This document shows, piece by piece, positions 44,960 through 55,278 of a DNA stretch of 64,000 nt (its first letter is position 1; every line of letters starts with the position of its first letter). The notes under the pieces were generated by a model, which did no database searches, was not told the origin of the DNA, and worked only from the letters and a program-made list of their open reading frames with translations. Source of the DNA: an uncultured Gemmatimonadales bacterium (lineage in GTDB: Bacteria > Gemmatimonadota > Gemmatimonadetes > Gemmatimonadales > GWC2-71-9); assembly GCA_963828735.1 (NCBI GenBank), contig CAWHFW010000004.1, forward strand, positions 192,001-256,000. The letters run 5' to 3'. The position numbers and the translations under genes were made by a program.

Positions 44960-46164
44960 CGGCCGACGCACGGCCGCCAGGGCAGGAAACGGACGGGGAC
45001 GCACCCGGACGGCGGTGCCGGCGGTCGCGGAGCGCCTCGCGCGGCTGACCGGTGTGGCCCCGGCACCGCATCGCGTGGTCACCTGCTACCTCAAGCTCGA
45101 GCCTCGGGATCGGAGCCGTGGGAAGTATCTCATCAAGCTCAAGAACCGCGCGCGCGAGGTCGCCCAGGCGCTGCCGCGGCTCGGCCTCGAGCGGCCGGTC
45201 TACGAGGAGGTCGTGCGCGACCTCGAGCGGGTGCAGCAGTACCTGCGGACGCCGGCCAATCTCCCGTCCACCCAGGGGCTCGCGATCTTCGCCTGCGAGG
45301 CGCTCGGCCTGTTCGAGGCGCTCCCGCTGCCCGTGGTCTACCGGTCCCGCCTCGCGGTGGACTCCACGCCGCTCGTGCGCGAGCTCGCCTCCGTGGACGA
45401 CGAGTTCGGACGCCTCCTCACGGTCGTCCTCGACCGCATGGGCGCCCGGTTCTTCGAGGTCACCGCGTACGACTGCCACGAGCTCTCGGGCCTCCGCGCC
45501 GACAGCACCCGAGGCCGTCGCTTTCGCGGCGATCAGAACGGCCCGGGCTGGGGCGAGCATACCTACAACAACCGCATCCGCACCGAGAAGCAGCGGCACT
45601 ACGAGGCCATCGCGCGGGAGCTGTTCGTCATCGATCGCCGGCAGCCGGCGCACGGCATCGTGATCGCGGGGACCGGGACGGATGCGGGCGCGGTCGAGCC
45701 GTTCCTGCACAACTATCTCGCCGAGCGGGTCCTGGGGACGGCGCGGCTCAACCCGAAGGAGGCGACGCCGGCGGCGGTGCACGCGGCCACGCTGGCCGTT
45801 CGCGAGGCCTGGGAGCGCGAGAGCGAGCGCGCACAGGTCGAGGAGATGCAGGAATCGCTCGGCGGCGGTTGGAGCGTGAACGGGCTCGACGCGACCCTGC
45901 GCGCGCTCTCGCGCGGGCAGGTGCGGACGCTCCTCGTTCACGCCGACGCCAGCGAGCCGGGTTTCCGCTGCGGGTCGTCGGGTCGCCTGGCGCGCACCGA
46001 GCGGGAATGCCGGGACGAGGGCGAGCCGGTGCCCGTGCTCGACGTCGTGGACGACGCCATCGAGGAGGCGCTGCGCCAGGGTGTGGACGTGAACGTCGTC
46101 TATGACACCGAGGCGCGGACCGCCGTGGACGGGCTGGCCGGACTGCTCCGGTTCCGTTGATCGC

Positions 46165-46862
46165 GTGATCGAACTCCACGCGCCGCTTCGGGCGGTCCTG
46201 TTCGACGCCGGCAACACCCTCCTGTTTCTCGACTACGCGCGGATGGCGTCGGCGGTGGGCGCCGCGCTCGGCCTTCCGCTCACCGGCGGCGGGCTCGCGG
46301 CCGGCGCGCCGGCCGCCGCGCGCGCCATGGAGGGCTCGCGAGGGACCGACCGCGAGCGGGCCACGGTGTATCTGGAGACGCTGTTCCTCGAGGCCGGGGT
46401 CCCGCCGGCCGACATGCCCGACGTGCGCGAGCAGCTCGCGACGCTGCACGGCGAGCGTCACTTGTGGAGCGGGATCGCGGACGACGCGCACGAGGCGCTC
46501 GGCCGGCTGCGCCGCGCGGGACTGCGCCTGGGTATCGTGTCGAACAGCGATGGACGGGTGGACGAGGCGCTCGTGGCGGCGGGCCTCAGGCCGTACTTCG
46601 AGGTCGTGGTCGATTCCACCCTCGCGGGGGTGGAAAAGCCCGATCCCGCTATCTTCCGGGCCGCGCTGGACGTTCTGGAGGTGGCGCCGGAACAGGCCCT
46701 CTACGTCGGCGACCTGTACGAGGTGGACGTCATCGGCGCCAACGCCGCGGGCATCCCCGCCGTCCTGCTCGTGCCACCGGGCGCCCCCCGGCCGCAGGGC
46801 TGCGCGACCACCGGCTCGCTTCGGACGCTGGCCGACGATCTGCTCAAGGAGACACCCGCCTC

Positions 46863-46866
<4 letters not shown>
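46165..46866 (+). CDS. HAD-superfamily hydrolase
   Basis: [20 protein letters not shown] and YVGD..EVDVIGA motifs. Confidence 0.92.
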
Positions 46867-47284
<418 letters not shown>

Positions 47285-47288
<4 letters not shown>

Positions 47289-48904
47289 GCCGCCTGCGGG
47301 CGCTCACCGACGAGTACCGGCAGCTCGCCGAGCGGCTGCGTGCCGGCGGCGGCCCGGCGCGCGTCGCCAAGATGCACCAGCAGGGCAAGCTCGCGCCGCG
47401 CGAGCGGGTCGCGAAGCTGCTGGATCCCGAGGGACCCTGGCTCGAGCTCGGCCTGCTCGTCGCGTACGACCAGTACGACGGCCAGGCGCCCGGCGCCGGC
47501 GTGATCACCGGCGTCGGGGTGGTGGAGGGACGGGAGGTGGTGGTCGTGGCGAACGATGCCACGGTGAAGGCGGGCTCCTGGTGGCCCGAGACCATCCGCA
47601 AGATTCTCCGCGCGCAGGAAGTCGCCATGCGGCAGCGGATCCCCATCATCTATCTCGTGGACAGCGCCGGCGTGAATCTGCCGTACCAGGGTGGGGTGTT
47701 CCCCGGGCAGTACGGCGCCGCGCGAATCTTCTATTACAACTCGATCATGCGACGCTACCTCCACGTCCCGCAGATCAGCGCGGTCATGGGCAGCTGCATC
47801 GCCGGCGGCGCGTACCTGCCGGCGTTGTCCGACGTGATCTTCATGGTCGAGGGCACGACGTTCATGGGTCTGGGCGGCCCCAACCTCGTGAAGGGCGCCA
47901 CCGGACAGACCATCGACGCGGAGAGTCTGGGCGGCGCCGTGACGCACACCGAAGTGAGCGCGGTGGCTCACTACCGCGCCGCGAACGATGCCGACTGCCT
48001 CGGGCGGATCCGCGAGTACGTGACCCGGCTGCCACGGGTCCACGGCGTCCGGCATCGCCTCCGCCCCCCTGCCGCGCCCAGCCGTCCGGCCGAGTCGCTC
48101 TATGACGCGCTCCCGGCGGACCACCGCCTGTCCTACGACATGCGGCACGTGCTCGATGCGCTGCTCGACGATGGCGCGCTCGACGAGTTCCAGCCCGGCG
48201 TGGCGCGCGAGATGATCTGCGGACACGCGCACATCGAGGGCTGGCCGGTGGCCGTGATCGCGAACCAGCGCGGGGTCATCAAGGGGCGCCCCGACGAGCG
48301 GCCGCGGTTCGGCGGCATCGTCTATACCGGAAGCGCGGAGAAGGTCGCCTACTTCATCGAGACCGCCAACCGCGAGCACCTGCCGATCCTGTTCGTCCAG
48401 GACGTGAGCGGGTTCATGGTCGGCCCCGAGGCGGAGCACAGCGGCATCATCCGGGCCGGCGCGCACTTCGTCGAGGCCATGGCCACGGCAGCGGTGCCGA
48501 AGCTCGTGCTCACCGTCAATCACGCGTCGGGGGCGGGCTACTATGCGATGGCGGGCCAGGGCTTCGACCCGGACTTCATCCTGTCCTGGCCCACCGGCCG
48601 CATGGGGGTGATGGAGGGCGAAAGCGCGGTCATGGCGGTCCACGGACCGGAGATCGAGCGCGCCCAGCGCGAGCGCCGTGAGCTCGCCCCCGAGGTCAAG
48701 ACGTCGGTCGAGTCCATGCGCGCCGACTACGAGGCGCAGCTCGATGCCCGGTACGCGGCCGCCCGCGGCTACGTGGACGCTATCCTCACGCCCGAAGAGA
48801 CCCGCGATCAGCTCGCGTTCACGCTCCGCATCGTCGCCAACTACGCCGGGCCGCACCTCGGCCCATTCGTGCTCCCGCCGCTCGACGCGGCCTCCTCCAC
48901 GTAG
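47285..48904 (+). CDS. Acyl-CoA carboxylase carboxyltransferase (beta) subunit, MCC/geranyl-CoA-like
   Basis: [43 protein letters not shown] and GAGYYAMAG motifs. Confidence 0.92.
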
Positions 48905-48911
48905 GATCCGC

Positions 48912-51797
48912 ATGACGCCGTCGCGCCTGTCCGTCTGCCTGCTCTCCGTTGCCCTCGCCTGCTCGTCCGGTCACCCGGAGGCGTCCGCCCCGGCCCCGGC
49001 CGCCGCGCCCGACTCTGCGGCCGCGTCGCGACCGGCGGTGGCGGCCGCCCCATCCGCGAGCCCGGCCGCTCCGGCGAAGCCTCCGGCGCCCGCCGATGAT
49101 TCGATGCACCACGTGGCGCCGCCGGACATGGCGTACGCGCACGGGTGGATGCCCCTTGCCAGCACCGGCGTCGATCGCTTCCTCAAGGCGCATCCCGAGT
49201 ACGACGGCCGGGGCGTCCTGATCGGCATTCTGGACACAGGGATCGATCCCGCGATCCCCGGGCTGCTCACGACTTCGGGGGGCGGTCCCAAGGTCCTCGA
49301 CCTTCGCGACTTTTCGGGTGAGGGCGCGGTGCCGCTCGCGCGCGTCACGCCGGCCGGTGACTCGGTGCGCGTGGGAAGCCGCTGGCTTCGCGGCTTCGGG
49401 CGCGTCGTCGCGCTGAGCACGGCCGGGCCGTACTACGGCGGCACCATCGCCGAGATTCCGCTGGGCGAGCCGCCCGCGGCGGATCTCGACGGCAATGGGA
49501 CGGTGGGCGACACCCTGGCGGTGGTCGTCGTGCGCGCCACCGACGGCTGGGTGCTGCTCGCCGACACCGATGGCGACGGCTCGCTGGCGAACGAACGTCC
49601 GGTCCACGACTACCTCGTCGGCCGCGAGACGTTCGGCTGGTCGCATGCCGGTCGGCGGCCGAAGGTGACCGTGGCCGCGAACTTCGGCGAGGCGTCCGAG
49701 GCGCCCACGCTCGATCTCGTCTTCGACACCGGCGCGCACGGCACGCACGTCAGCGGAATCGCGGCGGGCCACGATCTCTACGGCGTGCCAGGCTTCGACG
49801 GCGTGGCGCCCGGCGCGCAGCTCCTCGGCCTCAAGATCGCCAACAGCGCGCAGGGCGGCGTCACCACCACGGGGAGCATGGCGCGCGCGTTCGACTATGC
49901 GATCCGCTTCGCGCAGGCGCGGCACCTGCCGCTGGTGATCAACCTGAGCTTCGGCGTGGGCAACGAGGTGGAAGGCCAGGCGCGCATCGATGGGATCGTC
50001 GACTCGGTGCTGGCGGCGCACCCCGACGTGGTGGTCACGATCGCCGCCGGCAACGACGGGCCGGGGCTCTCGACCATCGGCTTCCCCGGCAGCGCGGGCC
50101 GGGCGATCAGCGTCGGCGCGACACTGCCCGGCAGCTTCCTGCCGGCCGGCCCGGTCGGCGCGCCCTCGCCGGACCAGCTGGCCTATTTCAGCTCGCGAGG
50201 CGGCGAGGTGGCGCGGCCGGATCTGGTCACGCCCGGCGTGGCCTACAGCACGGTGCCGCGGTGGGACGCGGGCGAGGAAGTCAATCAGGGTACCAGCATG
50301 GCGGCGCCGCACGCCGCGGGCATCGCGGCGCTCCTGGTCTCCGCGCTGACGCAGGAGAAGCGTCCGGTCGTCGCGCGCGAGATCCGGCAGGCGCTCATGG
50401 TCACGGCCCAGCCGACGCCGGGCGCCACGTTCATCGACGAGGGCACGGGCATTCCGGATGTGGACCGCGCGTACCGTTGGCTCACATCGGCCACGCCGGT
50501 GGCCGACGTCCAGGTACGCGCGCTCGGCGTCGGCAACGCGACCGCCGCCGTGCTCCGGGGTCGAGACGGCGCCACCGACACGACCCAGGGCTTCGAGCTG
50601 CGTCGCCCGGCCGGCACCCCACCGGCGACCTACACGCTGAAGAGCGACGTTCCGTGGCTCACCGCGCCGGCGACGCTCGCCCTGCGCGGCGAGCGCGCCA
50701 CCGTGCAGCTCCGTGTCGCTCGGCGCTCGCTCCCGGTGGACGCGGCGTCCGTGGGGACGGTGACCGGGTGGACCGGGGATACGCTGGCCGGCCCCGCCTT
50801 CCGGCTCGTGACGACGGTGATCGCCACCGCTCCGGTCGCCCACGGCACCAAAACGCTGCGTGAGAAAGCGGCGGTCCCGGCCGGGGGCGCGCTCCGCACC
50901 TTCTTCCAGGCCGACAGCGGACGGCCCTTCGCGCTCACGATCGAGACGGCCGGTCGGGCCGAGCGGGCGCTCGCCTTCCTCCACGAGCCGGACGGCATGC
51001 CGTTCCGTGACGAGGGCGCGCGGACGGCTGGGTTCGGCCCGCAGTCCGCCGAGTACGAGGCCGACTCCCGCGACGTGATCAGCGGCGCCTACGAGGCCGT
51101 CGTCGTCGCGCCGCCCACCCAGGGCGTCACCGTCTCGGTCGCGGTGAGCGAGTCGCCATTGGTCCTCCGCGCCGCCCGCGAAGGCGAGTCGGTTCACGCC
51201 GAGGTCACCAACGTCACCGCGGCGCCGGTCGATGCCGAATTCGGGATGCACCTGGGCGGCGCGGCGCGTATCGAGAACGTCCAGGCGACGGGTGGCGAGG
51301 TCCAGCGGATCCCCTTCGTGGTGCCGTCGTGGTCGCGCGGCGTCGTGGTGGACATCACGATGGACCGTGCGCAGTGGGGCAGGTTCACCGATTTCGGCGT
51401 GAGCCTGTTCGACTCGCTCGGCCGCCAGCTCGGCAAGCAGCCGCTCAACTATGCCTTCGGACGCCTGCAGGTCGAGCTCCCCGAAGGTCACGGCGACACG
51501 CCCGTGACGCTCGGCCTCTTCCCCGGCTTCGCCGATGCGAACGGCGATCAGCGGTGGAGCCTGCGCGCGTCGATCCGGGTGTACGCGGACACCTCGATCG
51601 TCCTCGCGCGCTCGGACAAGAGCGCCGACACCGTCGCCGCGCACGGCACCACCACGGCGACGTTCAAGCTGCCGGCCGCCCCGTGGCCGATGGGCGCCGG
51701 GTTCGTGCCGCTGGGGCTGCTGGTCGCGCGCGCGGATGGCCGGAGCTGGACCCGGGAGATCGAGCTGGGATCGTCCGGCACGGCCCTCGTGCCGTGA
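48912..51797 (+). CDS. S8 peptidase, tripeptidyl-peptidase II-like lipoprotein
   Basis: Lipobox [22 protein letters not shown] (Asp), HGTHVSGI (His) and GTSMAAP (Ser). Confidence 0.88.
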   Translation: MTPSRLSVCLLSVALACSSGHPEASAPAPAAAPDSAAASRPAVAAAPSASPAAPAKPPAPADDSMHHVAPPDMAYAHGWMPLASTGVDRFLKAHPEYDGRGVLIGILDTGIDPAIPGLLTTSGGGPKVLDLRDFSGEGAVPLARVTPAGDSVRVGSRWLRGFGRVVALSTAGPYYGGTIAEIPLGEPPAADLDGNGTVGDTLAVVVVRATDGWVLLADTDGDGSLANERPVHDYLVGRETFGWSHAGRRPKVTVAANFGEASEAPTLDLVFDTGAHGTHVSGIAAGHDLYGVPGFDGVAPGAQLLGLKIANSAQGGVTTTGSMARAFDYAIRFAQARHLPLVINLSFGVGNEVEGQARIDGIVDSVLAAHPDVVVTIAAGNDGPGLSTIGFPGSAGRAISVGATLPGSFLPAGPVGAPSPDQLAYFSSRGGEVARPDLVTPGVAYSTVPRWDAGEEVNQGTSMAAPHAAGIAALLVSALTQEKRPVVAREIRQALMVTAQPTPGATFIDEGTGIPDVDRAYRWLTSATPVADVQVRALGVGNATAAVLRGRDGATDTTQGFELRRPAGTPPATYTLKSDVPWLTAPATLALRGERATVQLRVARRSLPVDAASVGTVTGWTGDTLAGPAFRLVTTVIATAPVAHGTKTLREKAAVPAGGALRTFFQADSGRPFALTIETAGRAERALAFLHEPDGMPFRDEGARTAGFGPQSAEYEADSRDVISGAYEAVVVAPPTQGVTVSVAVSESPLVLRAAREGESVHAEVTNVTAAPVDAEFGMHLGGAARIENVQATGGEVQRIPFVVPSWSRGVVVDITMDRAQWGRFTDFGVSLFDSLGRQLGKQPLNYAFGRLQVELPEGHGDTPVTLGLFPGFADANGDQRWSLRASIRVYADTSIVLARSDKSADTVAAHGTTTATFKLPAAPWPMGAGFVPLGLLVARADGRSWTREIELGSSGTALVP

Positions 51798-53180
51798 GCG
51801 GCGTCCGTCGGGAGCCCGTGCGGATCGCCGCGGGGCAGGGCTTCTGGGGGGACTGGCTCGAGGCGCCGGTCCGGCAGGTGCGCGGTGGTCCGATCGACTA
51901 TCTGATGATGGACTACCTCGCCGAGGTGACCATGTCCATCATGCAGAAGCAGAAGTCCCGCGACCCGAACGGCCGGTTACGCGCGGGACTTCGTCCCGCT
52001 CATGGAGCGCATCCTCCCCGACGTCGTCGCGAAGGGCATCCGCGTCACGTCGAACGCCGGCGGCGTGAATCCCCGTGCGTGCGCCGAGGCGGTGCTGGCG
52101 GTGGCGCGGCGCCTCGGCCTTCCGCGCAGGCTCAAGGTCGGTCTCGTCTCCGGCGACGACATGCTCGACCGCCTGGATGACCTGCTGGCACGGGGCCACC
52201 CGCTCGCCGACATGGAGACCGGCCGCCCGCTCTCGGACGTTCGCGACAAGGTACTCTCCGCGAATGCCTACCTCGGCATGGCGCCGATCGTCGAGGCGCT
52301 CCGCGGCGGCGCGGACCTGGTCGTCACCGGGCGCGTCACCGATACGGGGCTCACGCTCGGCCCCATCTTCCATGAGTTCGGGTGGTCGCCAGACGACTGG
52401 GACAAGGTGGCGGCCGGCACCGTCGCCGGCCACATCATCGAATGCGGGGCACAGGCCTCCGGCGGGAATCTGCTCAAGGGCTGGCGAGCGGTGAAGGGAC
52501 TGGCCGACCCGGGCTTTCCCATCGTCGAGGCGTCACCCGACGGGACCTTCGTCGTCACGAAGCACGACGGCACCGGCGGCGTGGTGTCGGTCGCGTCCGT
52601 GACCGAGCAGCTCGTCTACGAGATGGGCGATCCGCGAAGCTACATCACGCCGGATGGCGTCGCCGACTTCACCACCATCCAGCTCCGCCAGGCGGGACGC
52701 GACCGGGTGCGGGTGAGCGGGATCCGCGGCGGCCCACGGACGCCGATGCTCAAGGTGTCCATCGCCTATTTCTGGGGCTACAAGGCGGTCGGGACATTGG
52801 TCTACGCCTGGCCCGATGCCTACGACAAGGCGAAGGCGGCCGACCGCGTGCTGCGCCGGCGTCTGTCGGACCTCGGCCTCCGCTACGACCAGATCCTCAC
52901 CGAGTTCGTCGGCGTGGACGCGACCCACGGCCGCCTGAGTGGCCCACCGAGCCCGGACCTGCCGGAGGTGCAGCTCCGCGTCGGGGTGCGCGCGCGCGAG
53001 CGCGCGCCGGTGGACCGCTTCACCCGGGAGATCGCGCCACTGGTGCTCACGGGCCCACCGAGCGTCACCGGCTTCGCCGGCGGCCGCCCCGCGGTCGAAG
53101 AGGTCGTCGCCTACTGGCCCGCGCTCATCGATCGTCGCGAGATCGAGCCGCACGTGCGCGTCGAGATCCTGGAGGCCTGA
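51794..53180 (+). CDS. AtuA-like (acyclic terpene utilisation) protein; frameshift near 51971
   Basis: N-terminus [20 protein letters not shown] joins GYARDF..NAGG..NAYLG..GRVTD..GHIIECG if one extra G is removed. Confidence 0.85.
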
Positions 53181-53181
53181 C

Positions 53182-53562
53182 GTGCCCAAGCCCGTGAAGC
53201 GCCGCGCGCGCCCCACGACCCGCCCCGTGCAGCTCCGCTTTCTCGCGCACGCCCGCTCGGGCGACAAGGGCAACACCGCCAACGTCGGCCTCATCGCCCT
53301 CGAGCCAGCGTACTATGAGCTGCTGGTGCGCGAGGTCACGACGGCGCGCGTGGCCCGCCACTTCAAGGGGATGGTGAGCTCGGTCGAGCGCTTCGAGCTG
53401 CCGAATCTCCGCGCGCTCAATTTCCTGCTCCACGACGCCCTCGACGGCGGCGGGACCATCTCGCTCAAGACGGACGCGCAGGGCAAGGTCTACTCGACGG
53501 CCCTCCTCCGGATGGCGGTCCCCGTGCCCACGGCGCTCGCCCGCCGGCTCACGCGCGCATGA
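53182..53562 (+). CDS. AtuA C-terminal-like small protein
   Basis: LAHARSGDKGNTANVG, VERFELPNL.ALNF and LDGGG..SL..D.QGK motifs. Confidence 0.85.
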   Translation: MPKPVKRRARPTTRPVQLRFLAHARSGDKGNTANVGLIALEPAYYELLVREVTTARVARHFKGMVSSVERFELPNLRALNFLLHDALDGGGTISLKTDAQGKVYSTALLRMAVPVPTALARRLTRA

Positions 53563-54326
53563 GCGCTGCCGGCACCCCGCTGGGGATCGCGGTGGAGAGC
53601 GGGATCCTCACGCTCCGACTCGACCGACCGGAGAAACGCAACGCGCTGAGCACCGCGCTGGTCGAAGGCCTGCACGCCGGTCTCGACCGCGCCGATCTCG
53701 ACGCCGACGTCCGGGTGGTGGTGCTGCGCGGGGCGGGGAAGGATTTCTGCGCCGGCGCCGACCTGGACGAGCTGCTCGCGTCGGCGGACCGGTCACCGGC
53801 CGACAACGAGGCCTCCGCGCTTCGCCTCGGCACGTTGTTCGGCCGGATGCGGCGGCTGCCGAAGCCCGTGGTCGCCGTCGTCCAGGGCCGCGCGCTCGCG
53901 GGCGGCGCGGGCCTGGTCACCGCGTGCGACCTCGCGCTCGCCGGCGCGGGGTCGGTGCTGGGGTACCCGGAGATCCAGCGTGGCTTCGTGCCGGCCATGG
54001 TGATGACGCTGCTCCGCCGGGCAGCGGGCGAGAAGGTCGCGCTCGATCTCGTCCTGACCGGCCGGCTGCTCCCGGCCCAGGAGGCGCTCGCGATGGGCCT
54101 GGTCGCCCGGGTCGTGCCGGATGCCGATCTCGAGCGAGAAGCGGGCGCGCTCCTCGCGGCCCTCGCCGCCGCCAGCCCGTCGGCGCTCGCGCTCACCAAG
54201 CAGCTGTTCTACCAGCTCGACGGCATGAGCATTGACGACGGCGTCGCACTGGGCGCCCGCGTCAATGCGGTCGCCCGCCAGACCCCCGATTTCCGCGCGG
54301 CGATCGCCCGGTTTCTCCAGCGGTGA
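53559..54326 (+). CDS. Enoyl-CoA hydratase/isomerase (methylglutaconyl-CoA hydratase-like)
   Basis: RPEKRNALS, FCAGADL, GRALAGGAGLVTACD and YPEIQRG motifs. Confidence 0.92.
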   Translation: MSAAGTPLGIAVESGILTLRLDRPEKRNALSTALVEGLHAGLDRADLDADVRVVVLRGAGKDFCAGADLDELLASADRSPADNEASALRLGTLFGRMRRLPKPVVAVVQGRALAGGAGLVTACDLALAGAGSVLGYPEIQRGFVPAMVMTLLRRAAGEKVALDLVLTGRLLPAQEALAMGLVARVVPDADLEREAGALLAALAAASPSALALTKQLFYQLDGMSIDDGVALGARVNAVARQTPDFRAAIARFLQR

Positions 54327-54484
54327 GCTGGTCGGCCCTCCGGATCGGGCTGGCGCTCGCGGGGTTCGCCGTCGCGCTGCTCGCGATCGCCCTGGAGGAT
54401 CGTCGCGTCGGCTGGGGCGCGATCGCCCTCCTGGTGGGCTCCCTCATCGTTCGCCTCCTTCAACGACGTGACCCTCCTGTGTGA
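54323..54484 (+). CDS. 53-aa two-TM small protein (not in ORF track)
   Basis: GTGA overlap with the hydratase stop; MSWSALRIGLALAGFAVALLAIALEDRRVGWGAIALLVGSLIVRLLQRRDPPV. Confidence 0.65.
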   Translation: MSWSALRIGLALAGFAVALLAIALEDRRVGWGAIALLVGSLIVRLLQRRDPPV

Positions 54485-54523
54485 CGTTTGTCACATGGCC
54501 GGTGGATTGCCTCGCGCTACCTT
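54480..54523 (+). promoter_or_regulatory. CRP-type box with adjacent sigma54-like and sigma70 -10 elements
   Basis: TGTGA-CGTTTG-TCACA (54480-54495), TGGCCG-GTGGA-TTGC (54496-54510) and TACCTT (54518-54523). Confidence 0.65.
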
Positions 54524-54605
54524 GTCGCCAACCCGGCGACGGGTACGCGAGCGGGCATCGAGTCGGATGCGCCGCTCCGATCAATCCGATTCAAGGAGGA
54601 GCGGT

Positions 54606-55157
54606 ATGAGGGTACCGAAGGGCGTCGTTCCGTTGGCCCTCGCTCTTGGGCTGGGTGCAGCACCGCTGCACGCCCAGGGTCCCGAGTTCTCGGTCGGTGG
54701 CGGGCTCGACCTGCCGCTGGGCAACTTCGACGATGCAGCGAACACGGGATATCACGGGTTGGCCGCCGTCTCGTTCGTCCCGACCGGCTCGCCGGTCGGC
54801 TTTCAGGTGGACGGCGACTACGGTCGATTCGGGGACGACACACCCGCCGACGTCAATTTTCAACTCATCTACGGCACGGCCAACGTCGTCTACAAGTTCA
54901 AGACATCCGAGACGAGTACCTTCCGTCCCTACCTGATCGGCGGCGGCGGAGTGTACAGCTTCAAGCCGACGGGTAACGACGTGCTGCCGGGGACGAGCTC
55001 GGAAACGAAATTCGGCATCAACGCCGGCGCCGGGTTCGACATCAAGGCGGGAAGCGCGGCATTGTTCCTCGAAGGGCGATTCCACGACGTCTTCATCAGC
55101 GGGTCGGACCTGCAGTATTTGCCACTGACCGTCGGCATTCGCTTCGGCGGTCACTGA
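54606..55157 (+). CDS. Outer-membrane beta-barrel protein (OmpA/OMP_b-brl type)
   Basis: Signal peptide, alternating beta strands, RPYLIGGGG, FGINAGAGF and C-terminal VGIRF; AAGGAGGAG RBS. Confidence 0.88.
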   Translation: MRVPKGVVPLALALGLGAAPLHAQGPEFSVGGGLDLPLGNFDDAANTGYHGLAAVSFVPTGSPVGFQVDGDYGRFGDDTPADVNFQLIYGTANVVYKFKTSETSTFRPYLIGGGGVYSFKPTGNDVLPGTSSETKFGINAGAGFDIKAGSAALFLEGRFHDVFISGSDLQYLPLTVGIRFGGH

Positions 55158-55177
55158 GCTTCTCTTCGACGGAATCC

Positions 55178-55210
55178 AGGCCGCTCCTTCCGCATGGGAG
55201 GAGCGGCCTT
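55178..55210 (+). terminator. Hairpin terminator after the OMP gene
   Basis: AGGCCGCTCCTTCC-GCAT-GGGAGGAGCGGCCT. Confidence 0.65.
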
Positions 55211-55278
55211 CGCGTGTCCCGGATGACCGACGGGACAGAACGATGCGGGCGTTCTGACGAGGGGCGCCAGCTTGGCTC

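Noticed and set aside
55236..55256. CAGAACG-N7-CGTTCTG dyad upstream of recQ as an SOS box
   Set aside because: The spacing (GAAC-N9-GTTC) fits neither the Gram-positive box nor the direct repeat at lexA; it is a single occurrence
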